A stretch of 63,852 bases of DNA, filler included, from Reticulomyxa filosa (GCA_000512085.1; 18 parts of 18 records of this genome joined end to end with filler, not necessarily neighbours in it); one strand, 5' to 3'; positions 39,674-53,261 are shown, numbered from the whole stretch's first letter. Made by a program: numbers and translations. The notes: generated by a model from the letters alone, not told the origin.

Positions 39674-40759
39674 TCATGTGCTTTTTGTCAGGAAAGTTAG
39701 GATATCATTTGCATTGTCCGGGTCGTTTGCATACTGTTTTTTCGTCAGTTCCCATGCATCATCTCCGTCCTTCACATCACATTGCAAAACGTATTTGACA
39801 CATTTACTTTTTTTCTTACATAAATGAAATTCAGTAACAAATTATTTTTATTTTGCTTGTATTTTTTGTTGTTTTTTTAAACTGAATTTTTATTCTGTAA
39901 CAAATCCAGCCAATATTCTCGCGCCATGTGTTTTTTTAACATATTTAAGCGTTGTAAACACTCTGGTCTTTTGTTTAAAATAGCAATTTGGATGACTGAG
40001 TTACGATTCTGTTGAACACATGTTTTTTTGATAGTATATTATGGTTATTACATACATACACATTTATAAATAATAATACGTATACGTAAATCAAAACTTG
40101 ATCCTTTGCTCGCCAAAAAGAAGCAGCACTTTCACGCTCTGTCGGAATTAACATTCGCATCAGTTCGTCATCTACTCGTTCTTGGAAAAAAAAAGCGTAT
40201 AGCAATGGTTTAGGCTCTTGCTGTAAAGTGTAATCGATAGGCAAACGCGACACATCACAGCCATATGATAAAAAAAAAAAAACAAAAACAAAACAAATAA
40301 AAAAAGAAAGAAAAGAGCACACAATGAGCTTTTGGAAGGATTCATCAGGCATGTATTGTCTCAGTGTTCGCAGTCGTGCTGTGCAATAAGGTTTGGAGTT
40401 CCATATTGCGAATAGCAAAAGAGAGCTGCCTCTCTTGTCTTTCATTTCCCAAAATGAAGGATCGTTTCGAAATTGTTCGGGTATTAGTAATTCCATCATT
40501 TCCGTGCTTATCTTCTCTTTCACATGGAATGCATACATGAGCGGCTTGCAACCTTGCTGTATGTGTGCATGTATATGCACATACATATATATACATATAT
40601 ATATATAAAGTATATGTATATATCTTACAGACAAACCTCATCTTCGGTAGAGATAAGCTTTTGATAAGATTTCGGTGGTATGTAGCGACGAAGGGTTTCC
40701 AATCTTTGTTCGCAGTTGGGCTGCTCGCTGTGTATTGTCAACAGCACCATTGAGTTACC

Positions 40760-40760
<1 letters not shown>
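39674..40760 (-). CDS. Ankyrin-like repeat protein, multi-exon, 5'-partial
   Basis: Repeating units GxKPLxYAF...ELMxxLIP...SFWxxKD / GxSxLxxAI.NxxPxCxxRLxxLRxYMP in three partial copies. The probable last exon is DGDDAWELTKK...*. Confidence 0.65.
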
Positions 40761-40800
<40 letters not shown>

Positions 40801-41493
40801 NNNNNNNNNNNNNNNNNNNNNNNNNNNNNNNNNNNNNNNNNNNNTTAATTAATTAANNNNNNNNNNNNNNNNNNNNNNNNNNNNNNNNNNNNNNNNNNNN
40901 TGACAATGATTTGCTATTTGTTAATAAAATGAAAAAATATTAATAAATAAAAATGTATCAAATTTACAAGATAAATATTCCAAAAATTATTTGCTTCTGT
41001 AATTTCTTAGTTATTAGTTTTGGATAGCATAAACTTTTGATTGAAATTGAAGAAATTTTTTATTTTAAGTCCTAGAAAACATAATACGCAACACTAAAAA
41101 AAGAAGTGACCTGATAGTATTTAAGCAGATTTTTGTTGAAGAGCATGCATCAATTTCCTTTTTTTTTAGGTGTGTATTTTACAAGGAAGAGAATGATCGT
41201 TGTATTAGCTGTTAAATTAAAAATCTCTTGTTTTTCTTTTTCAAACATAAAAAACTGGATATTATGTTTTTTTGCAAGGACGTTGATCGTTCAGAATCAT
41301 TTTAGATTCTTGTAAAAAAAATGTCATCGAATTACAGTTTAAATATTCACTAAGTTGTCATAGAGAATGTTTTAACAATTACTCATATCAACTTCGATGC
41401 ATTTTAACTAAACATTAAATTTGAAATCTGTGACTAACTTTTTAATTAGAAAGTTCAAGTTTGAACTGATCATTAAAAAAATAAATAATAACA

Positions 41494-41922
41494 ATGATGA
41501 GCATAACTCTTAAAAGAGCTGGTTCCAGGCAAAAAGAGCTAAGCAAGAGACCAATTTGGAGCATTATTCCTTGCGTTCTAATTAGACGACTTCGTCAGTC
41601 CAAAGCGTATCAAGTCGCGTTGGACGAACAACATCAAAGGGCTCAATACATTAAAAAGCTAAAGGGACAACAAGGCGCATTATCAAAAACAATATCACCC
41701 CCTGAATCACGACATGAACGATCATTAATTCAAAAAATGGAATCTGATAAAGAAATTATTCAATATCTCAAGGAGAGTTCATCTCAAAACATCACTCTCT
41801 ATGCTGCAGCTGTTAAAAGATGTTCAGAATTAAAATGTCCCAATTCAATCATTCGAATTATTGAAATTGTGCAAAGCGAACATATTCGTCCAGATGTTAT
41901 ATTTTATACCACAATTTTAAAT
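41494..41922 (+). CDS. Pentatricopeptide-repeat protein, 3'-partial, with basic transit-peptide-like N-terminus
   Basis: ITLYAAAVKRCSEL...EHIRPDVIFYTTILN PPR motifs and an Arg/Ser-rich N-terminus. Confidence 0.75.
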
Positions 41923-42185
41923 NNNNNNNNNNNNNNNNNNNNNNNNNNNNNNNNNNNNNNNNNNNNTTAATTAATTAANNNNNNNNNNNNNNNNNNNNNN
42001 NNNNNNNNNNNNNNNNNNNNNNAATGATAACACAATCTTCATTGCTATACTTGGTATCATATTCAATTACGTACCAACTATTTCGAGGAGTGCGAGATGC
42101 CGAGGGTGGTTCATACGATCACAATGTTCCACGCGATGCATAATCGTACACACTGTTGTTAGTTTTGTCAATACACAAAATCGAC

Positions 42186-42450
42186 TCAAGTCGCTTCCGC
42201 AATTCGCGTCAAATCTATATTCGATCCATTCGTCCCATGTATACTCAATCCTCTTCCATTTTCATATCCTAATAACCAAATGTCCACTTTTCTCACTTGC
42301 ATGCTCGTTGCATCGATCCGCGCCGAGTCACAACTGTTCTCACCATTACAAAGGATTTCGCAATTCATCTCTCTGCATACTAGCGTATCACTCGCACATG
42401 CTTCTTGTTCCATCACAATCGTACCTTGTTAGTCCTCCGTCACGTTCTGT
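42186..42450 (-). pseudogene. Cys-rich extracellular-type repeat fragment, frameshifted
   Basis: YDCDG / QEACASDTLVCREMNCEILCNGENSCDSARIDA shows a repeated CxGxxxC..xxC pattern, followed by an early stop. Confidence 0.35.
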
Positions 42451-43189
42451 TCTTTGCATCTCTTTTCCATGTCAAACACACAATTGCTTATATGTATTTA
42501 TTTGTTTGTTTTTTTTTTTTTTAATAATAATAATAATAACTCGACAATATTGCTAGGAATTGTATTGGAAAACATAAAAGAAACGTTGTTTTTGTTTTTT
42601 TTTGAAGAAGACCCTTAACTCGACAATGCTGTCTCCAATATGAACACAAGCAGCCATAATGATTTCCAAGACAGTCTCATCATTTATCAAGACTTCTTTT
42701 CTTTTTTTTTTTTTGGAATAATGTTGCAAAAATAGCCAAAAAAGAGAAAGGCTTTCAAAACATTTGGAAAAGTTCAAAATAGACTTTTTACTACAGCAGC
42801 TACTTATGTTTCCTTTGGTGTGCTTTTGATAAACTGGCTTCTTCTTGATGCAATGCTATGAAAAAGGTTCAATTAAAACAAGTGGCAAACATTTTTTAAA
42901 AATTTGGAGTCCTCTGGTTAAAATGTTCTTTTTATTTCTTCTTTTAAAGTAAACTACATCAAATTTTAGGACGAGGTGTGCTAACTTGATATGCAAGATT
43001 ATTGCTTGATGTGCCTTTGCTTTTTTGAAAAAAAAATATTTTTGGTAAATTAAGTAAGTATTACAAGTGTAATTTGTCATTTTTGTGAANNNNNNNNNNN
43101 NNNNNNNNNNNNNNNNNNNNNNNNNNNNNNNNNTTAATTAATTAANNNNNNNNNNNNNNNNNNNNNNNNNNNNNNNNNNNNNNNNNNNN

Positions 43190-44053
43190 GTTCATCCTTG
43201 ACTTTTTGCAAGTGCTCATTGGAAGTGGTGTATGATGATATAATGCAAATGAAATGACATGTCATAGGTGTACACAAGACGGAGACACCTCCAGATATGG
43301 AAAAGAGAAATTCGGAATCAAGGCAAGTAGTGGTCCATGTCATCAAACACTTGGAAGAAATGGAAAAGGTTGGAACTTGTTTCTTTGTTTATTGATTTGT
43401 TTGTTTTCTCCCTCTTTTCTTTTCTTTGGCCCCTTCAGAACTGCTATCTTTTTGCCTCGATCTACTTTCTCTCTTCTCTCGCTTGCAATCTCTCTTGGAT
43501 AACAGCAATGCATGAAACGTGCACTTCTTTGTTAGGCGTGTGAAAGTTTTGTTCGATCGAACGAGGATTTTGAGTCGACAATGATCCAAATGACGGAAAA
43601 GTGGACGAAAATGTGTAGCCTGGAGAAGAACGGAGTGACGGCAAATGCAAGCACAAATGAGTCCTTAGAGTCGGGCAATCGTTATTGCACGGAAGTGCGA
43701 TTGCCGATCACCAACTACCTGACGCAATGGACGGGCAGTTGCCACGAGGAACTGGTCATGATTCGCACGCACATGCTGCCCATCATTAAAAGGTCGCTCT
43801 ACGACATGCAGGTAGTCAATGAGCTGATTGGCATCAGAGACGACTTTCTGAAACAACACGACGCCGCCAAAGCTACTGCCGCCAAATGGGCTATTGTCGA
43901 AGAAAAAAACCAATTGCGCTCCTCACATGTCGATGCCAAAAATCGAGTTACTTTTTTGTGTGTTTCCACACAGATTTCAAATCAAAAGCGACTTCATAGA
44001 TTAACTTGAGAGGGCAGAAAGTATTTGTTGATTCTAAAAATGCATTGCAATAA

Positions 44054-44104
<51 letters not shown>

Positions 44105-45110
44105 TATATGTTTATGTATGTAATATGAATTGATAAAAGGATGTCGCAAGAGAAGCAGAGTTACGCAAGCTAGCTGACATGGTGTCAAAGTTGGTTTTGG
44201 ATCAGTTGAATATTGTGTGGGAAGCGAATATTCGTCGATTTGCAAGGGCCACGGAATCGGTCACTTTAATGCATTCCTCGGCACTGAAAAAAGTTTTGCT
44301 TTTGTTGCCACGACGATCATACTAAACCCATTTTCGCAAGGAGAAAGAGGGAAGGAAGGAAGGGAGAAAAAAAAAAAAAAAAAACAAACACAAAATACAC
44401 ACACATTACAAGGTGTTATCTCTTTGGCAAGAACTTGTGACATTGGCAGGAGGTGGCAGTGTGATCCATTCCACCGAATTCAATGCGCACTCCGATAGTG
44501 CACGCATCGACGAAAAGAGCAATGTCGAACGCGATGAAAATCAGAACGACGAACAATCGACGGATGTTTCGGTTGTCAATGTGATTCAAGACAAGTCTTT
44601 TCTTGATAGCGCACCGACGGAGACACAGACATTCCATTCCGTCGACGAACCAACTGACGAAAAACAAACCACTAGCATTGATACAGAAACCACTACTGCG
44701 CAGGAGCATCAACAACATGAGGAGGTCACCACATACGAAACTGGACAGTCACATGAACACATCCCCGAGGACACTTCTGAAGAGCAAAAGGATATCACTG
44801 TCCAAGAAGCTGATGCTAACATTGTTTCAGCAAGTTCTTACAATCCTTTTGATTACCATGAGGACAATCCAAAACCGGAGACTGAACCTCAAACTACAAA
44901 CACAGAAAATAGTGAACAGCCTCAAACCAACGCGCAGGTATGTTACTAAGTTTTTTTCAAAACTTAACATTTCTTATTATATTTACTTTTTTTTTTTTTT
45001 TTTTTTTTTACATCTGTGCTTGCTTTGACTGTAAAAGGCGGATGACAATGAAGCTCAGAACACAACTGATGGAAATGAGGCAATTGATGTATCTTTTTTG
45101 GAAAGATAAA
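43190..45110 (+). CDS. Multi-exon coiled-coil (possibly BAR-domain) protein with acidic disordered tail, 5'-partial
   Basis: Exon peptides HKTETPPDMEKRN.., LPIIKRSLYDMQVVNELIGIRDDFLKQHDAAKA and ELRKLADMVSKLVLDQLNIVWEANIRRF, then an E/T/Q-rich tail at 44413-44937. Confidence 0.5.
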
Positions 45111-46315
45111 TTTTTTTTTTAATTTCCTGGTATAACTAATTTATTTCTTTCATGCTGACAAAGCATAGAAAAACTCTAAGTTTTATTTGCTGCTCAAAGC
45201 TTACAGGTTTTGTAGACTTTTCAAAAATAACACAATCTTGTAATTGGTGTCATTTTTATGAAAAGTTCCGTTTTTGTTTTATTCAAACAATAAATAGATA
45301 CAAATGAATGCATAGCCTCTTTACTCTATTTTAAAAAATTTTTGCCACAGTTCTTCATTAAATACAATTTTTTAAAATAATTGTTGCGCTAAAAAGAAAA
45401 ATCAATGCAAGTATTCTGCAAATATCACTTAAGACAGCTACGACACATTGCATTCTTTTGATACAAAATTATCCTGTTATATTTGATTTCTTTATATCAA
45501 GCGAATAAATATTATTGATGTAAGCGAATTGCTAAACGTGGCAAGCAAAAGACATAAAAAACTGAGCTGTGGAGAGTTGAAGAGTTTTTGACGTGAACCT
45601 TTCAAGTTTCTTTTCAGATCTTTTCTGTTTACTGTTTTTGTTGCAAACTTTGTTAACGGCAATATTTTGCTTGCAAAAATAATTTGTTTTTTTAACAACA
45701 AACGTTCCATTGTGACAATGTGTTGTCGAGACGAGTGTCACCAACAAAAACAAGTATGTTGTTTGTTCATTTTAAAAAAAAGCCGGCTAACAAAGTCTGA
45801 TCAGCCTCATTTGATGGCGAGATCAACTCCCGGGCACGGTAGATGAAATCAAGTTGAAATTTTTTGTTCAAATTTTTAACATGAAAAAATTTGATAACAT
45901 TTCGACTTAGACATTTCTTGTTTAAATTTTTTTCTGTTTCTTTAAATTTGGTTGAATTTGGCATAGGTTTAAGTGCGAAAAGTTCGGTGCAAAAAATATT
46001 TGGTAATAAAAAGTGTAAAATTTTTTGTAATTGGGAGGTTTTTTTTAATAACTTGAAGAAATAATATTTTAATGTTGACTTGATCAATTTTTGTAATTTC
46101 TCAATCTTTGCAATTAAATTTTGAAAGACATAAGTACCAATTTCATGAAGGGATTAATTTGATTTCCAAAACGAAAGTCGTTTTAGACTACGTTGCAAAA
46201 AGGGACGAATGAATTTTTTGATTTAAAAAAAAACTGTATGTAATCTTGTCTCCAAGACTTTTCTGATTGCAAGATAAACCACTTCTAAAAGATATATTGT
46301 TAATTTCTTAGAAAT

Positions 46316-46977
46316 ATGGTGAGATTATAATAAAACTTTCTGTTATATTGGTTTTGGAACAGAAAAGGCTAAAAAAAAAACACAACTACCATAACAATAA
46401 CAATAAAAAAAAAAGGAAAAAGAGACAAGCGAACCTACAGACAGTCCAAACATAGAAAACGAAGAATTATCCAAGGACAAGAACGAGAACGAAGAAAAAG
46501 AAGGCTCAATATCTGAATTTGGTCAACGAGCAGTGAAAATAAAAAAATTAAATGACAGCAATAAAAAAGCTACAAAAGTTGAATCGACCAGTATGCCAAA
46601 AGGTAAAACTAAAATGGCTCAAAAATTTGCTACTTTCATTACCAAAACCGCTGATACTCTCGAATTTAACAAAAATGATAACAGCTATTTTTTGAGAGTT
46701 TAGAAATTATATAAATATATATGTATATATTTTTTAAATTAAAACAAATTATTATGTTTGTTATATGTAATTTTAGTTACCAACACCTGGTTTGAAAAGG
46801 GTCGTTGTTCAAAAATTTAAAGGCAAAAATTATGTTGGAGTTCGAGAATTTTATCAAAAAGATGGACAAGAATTACCTTCTCCTAAAGGAATTAATTTAA
46901 ATATGGAACAATGGAGAATGTTATGTAATGCAGTTGATGAAATCAACAAATGTCTTGAAAAAATCAATAGTCGATAA
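46316..46977 (+). CDS. SUB1: Transcriptional coactivator PC4/Sub1 (ssDNA binding)
   Basis: Exons 46316-46318, 46416-46697 and 46777-46977 join in frame. KRVVVQKFKGKNYVGVREFYQKDGQELPSPKGINLNMEQW is the PC4 domain. Confidence 0.92.
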
Positions 46978-47175
46978 ATCAATACATTTTTTTTTTTATT
47001 AATAAAATTCTGAATTACTCGAAAAGCAAATTTATCTTTTTCATTTCAGTAATAATCAAAATTAATGATNNNNNNNNNNNNNNNNNNNNNNNNNNNNNNN
47101 NNNNNNNNNNNNNTTAATTAATTAANNNNNNNNNNNNNNNNNNNNNNNNNNNNNNNNNNNNNNNNNNNNAATAAT

Positions 47176-47211
<36 letters not shown>

Positions 47212-47257
47212 ATTATTATTTATTACTTAATTTTTTTTTTTTTGTAAAAAAAAAAAG

Positions 47258-48314
47258 TGTGGGAATGCCCCGACTGGAATTGGTATCGCAATTTCATCAC
47301 TTGTTTTGGATGGGCGACTTGAATTACCGAGTTAATTGGCAGCCCTTGAAAGATCAAAAAATGAACCACAAAGACAACTGCGAACCACACATTTTTCAAG
47401 CTTTTGAGTCGTATTTGCATAGAAAAGCGTTGAAGGTCATCTTCAGAGATGATCAGCTGCGGGACGCCATGGCCAATTCAAACGCTTTTTTTGGCTTCCT
47501 CGAACCAAATGTGCAATTTCCTCCAACGTTTAAAGTGGACAGAGCTCCAGGGTTTCACTACAACGTTATTGTTTTTTAATACTTTTTATTTAAAAAAAAA
47601 AGGGGTATTTTTATATAAAAAAAGCCATGCAGATTACCTTCTTGGTGTGATCGAATATTGTATCGATCTGCAACAACAGCAAATCCTCCGAAAGTACATT
47701 CTTATGACGCTTTGGCAAATGTTTCTTACAGCGATCATAAACCGGTGGAGTTACTGTTGGACCTGGACATTTGGGAACGACCTCCGGGAGTCGACGACAG
47801 TGTCGATCAAGCGATTGTACATTTTGAAGATTGCAGTGTCGACGGACTATCGCCGACCATGGCCGCCAGTGATGTGTATTTGCATTGGCCCAAGCAACAA
47901 CTACTTGAAAAGTCCAGCAACACTTGTCGCATCAATAAAGTGAGCCACTCGAAACGTATTGAACCACTTGTCTTGTTACGCAATAGCGTCACTTTTTTGC
48001 GCCAAGCTCTGTTGTTGCTCGAGGTGCGACATCATGACCATCTCGCATCGCGTCGCTTTTTCATGGGACAAGGCTATCTCTCGTTAGCTCCAGCTCTTGA
48101 GAACATAGAGAAATGGACGTTTTTCGATGTGGAATTGATATTGGCGGGTCTTTATGTTGGGAAGTTTCAAGGACGTTACAAGGTTGTCATTAAGAAAATT
48201 TCGTCTATCTCTTGCGACACAACAGAGAAGGACAATCTCGAACTGTCTGACTTGACTGAAACATGCAGACAAATCAGACAACAGAGAAAATTGTTTGGAG
48301 GGAAGGTTTTGTAA
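47258..48314 (+). CDS. Inositol polyphosphate 5-phosphatase, C-terminal part (5'-partial)
   Basis: FWMGDLNYRV, DQL, FPPTFK, then RLPSWCDRILY after intron 47565-47624, and SDHKPV. A C2-like tail follows. Confidence 0.92.
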
Positions 48315-48847
48315 ACAGTTTGACACCTTCTATATATGTATTACATCTAATAGCGATAATCTTTATTTTTACAACTTCTTTGTTTTTGTGAAATCATTTC
48401 ATTGTCTTTTCAACAGTTTCATTGTTATTTAGTTTACAATGTTTTCACTTTTTTGAGATGTAGTCATGTGAATTTGAATTTTGTTTCAGCTTCCTTATTT
48501 TCAGTATTTCTATCTGCACTTTCCTGTCCAAAAGCAAACAATGCTGCAATATTGGCTTATTAATCGAACTAATTTTAAAGCGCTTATTCTTCCTTTTGAG
48601 AACTTCGTTTTGAGGATACAACTAAAAAAATGTGATGATTAACTTAACAAATTGTTTTAAAAAATAATGCTTGAACAACTGTGTCAAAGTGAGGCAAATC
48701 GAAAAATTTGTCGAGAGCAAAAGTGTAATTGAACTACTTAAAAACAGAGAAATAAAGTTCTACATCAAAGTGTCCCTTGGTCAAAGTATATAATATACAA
48801 ATCAGATAATTGTTTCATCATAAAATATATCACTCAATAATCACGAG

Positions 48848-49777
48848 ATGCATCTGCCTCCTTCGTCACCAACGTACAAAAAAAAGGATTATTCAATAGG
48901 AGCAGATGATTCGAGTACGAGTGATTCTGAAGCGGACACAACCGACAAAGACGAGGAGAAGAGCAAAAGCAAAAAAGAGAGACAAATGTCAGAAGAGAGT
49001 GAAAGTCAGGAGGCAGCTGAATCCAATAGGTCATCAGAGTTGCCTGGACAGCTAATGAATGACAATGAAGACCACAATGATAATAATAATAATGACAATG
49101 ATAATAATGATAATAATGATAATAATAATGATAATAACAATAATAATAATAACAATAATGAGATAGATGATTTAGCAAATTTGCCAATAATAAATATGAA
49201 CAATATAAATATGAATAACAATGAAAGACCATCAGTGGTGCGTCAAGTATTGAGATGGCTCGGTAGTGGACAAATGATCGTGATAGTGGCGTTGATGGCG
49301 ATAGGATTAAAGATGTCGCCGTCACTATTGTCATACGACGACGAATGGGATGACGACAAGCGAAGAGAATTTCATGACATAGCAAGCAGCTACCTGCAAG
49401 AGGAGTTGTGGAAAGACTTTGAAGCAAAGGAGCGAACAGGCGAGAACGTGTTGCTGGACAACATTGGAGCAATCCCAGCCGACCACCCGACGACACAATG
49501 GCTGAAGCACTTGAGAGTCGGGTCTTTTGTCGACGCATTGGACTTTCAAAACCAATGGTATTCGGCAATTATCGTCGATTCGAAAGTCGACCCGGACCAG
49601 TTGTTAGTGCACTTCCACGACTGGGATCACCGTTGGAACGAATGGATTTCGAGGCTTTCCGGCCGCTTCGCTCCTTTACATAGCCATTCTTTGGGCGGAA
49701 AATTGCATGGCCCTATGCCTGGATGGCCTTTGCTTCCTCCAAACTCTAGTCCTTCTTCTTCTTCTTCTTCTTCTTCT
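48848..49777 (+). CDS. Protein with poly-N/D tract, hydrophobic segment and MBT/chromo-barrel (Royal family)-like domain, 3'-partial
   Basis: LRVGSFVDALDFQNQWYSAIIVD...LLVHFHDWDHRWNEWI...RFAPLHSH. Confidence 0.7.
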
Positions 49778-51874
49778 NNNNNNNNNNNNNNNNNNNNNNN
49801 NNNNNNNNNNNNNNNNNNNNNTTAATTAATTAANNNNNNNNNNNNNNNNNNNNNNNNNNNNNNNNNNNNNNNNNNNNGCTTAATACAATATTCAAACATT
49901 TAATTGATTTAATGTTTTTTTACAAAAGAAGACAACATTTGACCGACAGAAGTAAAAAGAGAAACGAATTAGTGAGTATAACAGAAACTCTTGAACAAAT
50001 CACAAGTGATGATACCAAAAAGAACACTGTTTCAAATCAAATGAATCATGTTGAATAAAATGTGCAATGTTTAAAAATATTTAAATTATATTATTTTTAC
50101 TTATTTAATTTGATCTAATTTTTTTATAACATATCCGGTAATATAGTTTCTTTACAATATCTTATTCTGTTTTGATTTTTTATTCTTTATTTAATTAAAG
50201 TTATGAATAATATGTGTATAAAATTGTATCAGATTATGAATATCTTTAAAAAATAATTTTCAGCGCAACGACAATCAGAACAGACGGAAAATAACTTTAC
50301 AGATGAAGAAAAGAAAATGTAAAAATATATGTTTGAAATATTTATATTGAATAAAAAAGTTGGAGTAAAAAAGGTTTTTAAAAAGGATCGTTTTTGTACT
50401 TTTTTGCTTTTAAGACAAGTGATAAAATAAAGCATGGCAGAAGTTGGACAAGCGAAATTGTAAGATAGCAACATGGCCAATTACGGTAGTAAAGAACATC
50501 GTGAGATGAAAAAAATGCTGCAGAAAAAGAACCTGCATGTGATTGATCAGGAAAAGAACCTGGCATCCAAGTCTGTAGAATTGAAACATTTAAGTAGAAA
50601 TATTGTGAATTCTTTGGTGGAGATAGCTACATCATTTTACACACCAAAGTATGTCTTTAAAAAAAGCAAAACTCAAATACGCATTTTTAAAAAATAAAAT
50701 TGAATAATTTTTGTCCACATAATGAAAATGGATACTGTGTGACAAAGTGAAAATGAATAAACGAATGTTTTTTTTGTTTAGTGTTAAATGATAAATATAT
50801 TTAAACGATGAATGCAAAAAGGAATATGATGTTAAATCATTGTTTTGTTTTTTGTAGAAAGTGATACACATTTTAAGATTTTTAAAGAAAAAATTAAATC
50901 ACTATTGAATGTGTGCGAATGTTAGTTGTTTTTCTGGTTATTATGTGAAACATCACAAGATGAAGCAAGTATTACAGCGTATAAACAGTTTAATTTGATA
51001 ATTTGTTAATAGATAAACAGCTAAATACATAACAGTTTAAGGTAAGCTTTATTTAAGAAGGCATATACAATATCGTAATCTTTAAAAAATTTACAACTTG
51101 CGTAATGATATTATGTTTGTAACAAATTACATTAAAATACAAAAAAATTTTCTGTAACTGCAGAAGTAATAAGTACTTACTATGCATGTCTTCATAGCGA
51201 AACAGACAACATTAAAAACAAAAAATTTAACAAAAAAATGAAAATATAATTTTATTTTAAATATTTTTTTAACATCAAAATAATATGAAAAATATAAAAA
51301 AATAATTTTTGATATTCAATGAAAAAAAGTTATGTTAAGTATATATTAACATATATATAAATTTTAGATATATAACTTAACAAATATCATTGTTGCTAAT
51401 AGATTTACAGATGATGATCTAGACCATATCCAATGTGTAAAATATACACAATTACTAAGTCATATGAGCTGGTGCAATTTCAGCTTGATACCAACTAATT
51501 TTTTTTTCATTTGTTAAAAATTTGATATTATAAATATACTTTTATAAAATATTTCATTCAAATTAGTATGTTATGCAAAATATATAACTATTGTAAAAAA
51601 ATTCTTAAGATCTGCAGTTCAGAAATATGCTTTGACATTTTTGCTAGTTGCAAAAAAAATAGAAAATACAAAAACGAAAAATTAATATTTTTTCACTTTT
51701 TTTAAAAAATTTTTTTGTTTAATTTTATTTGTTAATGTTATTTTTTAATTTATTTGTATCATTTTTTTTTGCACTGGTGAATTTGATTTTAGAATTATTG
51801 CTTTATTAATCGATTAATTATTTTGCTAAAAAAAATTTATATTTATTTTGTCATAGTCTTTATTTTTTTTAAAC

Positions 51875-53261
51875 GTATTCGGCAACGCATGTAACAAATT
51901 CTTTGATCCATCCAAGACGATTAAATGAAATTATGCGTATCCAGTAGTCAATAATCATTTTTATTTTTTCTTTTGTAAGCTGTTATTTATTTCAGTGTAT
52001 TACAATATAGATTAGTTATATTAAGCTATATGACGAACAAACACAAATTTGCTTTTGAAAGGAAAAAAAAAACAATTTAGAAAGTATTTGCCAACTAAGA
52101 TGTTGTGCAAGTAAAGAAAATGATAGCATTTTTTTACATAACTATTAAATAATAACATCTAATGGCATAATGACTATTTTGGCATTTTAATTTATGGTTG
52201 TCTCCTCCAATGATATGAATAAAATCTTGGTCATGACTTGCAATAGCATAGCAATCAACCAAAGCCTTGGGCAAAATTTGTGCAAGTTGTCGCCATTGCT
52301 TATGTCTGACATTGTAAACATGGATAGCATCGGTAATTGTAGAGCTTGCACATTTGCCTCCAAACACCAAAATGTAATTGTCCAACAAAAGATATGCAAA
52401 GTTGGAAAATATAGAGAAAGAAGTAGTAATATTTGGAAGAATTTGAAAATGAAAAGTGCGATCACATTCATCGTAAGTTATGCCAATAGTTTCAACATCA
52501 CTTATCAAAATAAAATTAGTCGTGCTTAATTTTACAAAGCCGTGATAACATAGCCAATATGTATGAATGGGCAAAGTGGAATTTATGGTTTGAATATATT
52601 CGTATGTTTGTAAATTGATCACATTAATATTTCTTGGACAATGAGTCACAAACAATAGATTATTATGTTTCCCACCAACACACGCACGTGCTCCCGTCAA
52701 ATTGTGTCCATTGCTGGCTCCAATTATGATTTTATCTTGAACTTCAATCCACTCATTTGTATGTGCTGTTGTCGACACACTGTCTGTGGACCACACACTT
52801 TCGTAGTGCATTATAAATGTATGTCTTCGACGACGATCGCTTCCACCAAAAGATAACAATGTCACTTTTGGGTTTTTACTTTTGTCATCTTCACCTTCAC
52901 AACGGACCACAGTGTGTCCCCACAGTTGGATTTCCCATGGATACAAACAGATCTGTCTATATTCTCGTTTGGTCGTGTGATAAGAATAACAAAAATTCCT
53001 CCCATCTCCTCCACACATCAGGATTTCATCTTTTATGGCTATACATTGCATCATCGAGAGCTCTAGTGGCAAATCTGGTAGATAGTCAAACCAAGAGATG
53101 CGCTCCAAGTATGAAAAAAGTTGCAATATATTGTCTTTCTTCGTCCATTCTTTATTCAAGAAGTCTAATACTTCGGACTCTTGTTTGTTTCGAAGCTGAT
53201 TTATTTTTTCTTGCTTGCTTTCGTTTTTAATTTGCACCATTCTTCTGAATATCTTCTCCAT
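51875..53261 (-). CDS. Kelch-type beta-propeller protein with C-terminal 35-aa module exon
   Basis: ILMCGG, LLSFGG, ILVFGG..IHVYN...W and IHIIGG Kelch motifs. A phase-0 donor at 52142 splices to exon 51979-51875 (LTKEKIKMIIDYWIRIISFNRLGWIKEFVTCVAEY). Confidence 0.8.

Noticed and set aside
40764-40800. Homopolymers and microsatellites at contig ends (also 20203, 36330, 47170, 49750, 57702) as telomeres or retro-element tails
   Set aside because: They are intronic or coding simple repeats where the assembly broke. No telomeric unit or target-site duplication is seen.
48834-49568. Long antisense ORFs (also 34884-35297, 9653-10231, 39102-39569, 55106-55558, 61364-61930)
   Set aside because: They are shadows of real coding or low-complexity repeats, or of A/T tracts, with no independent motif.
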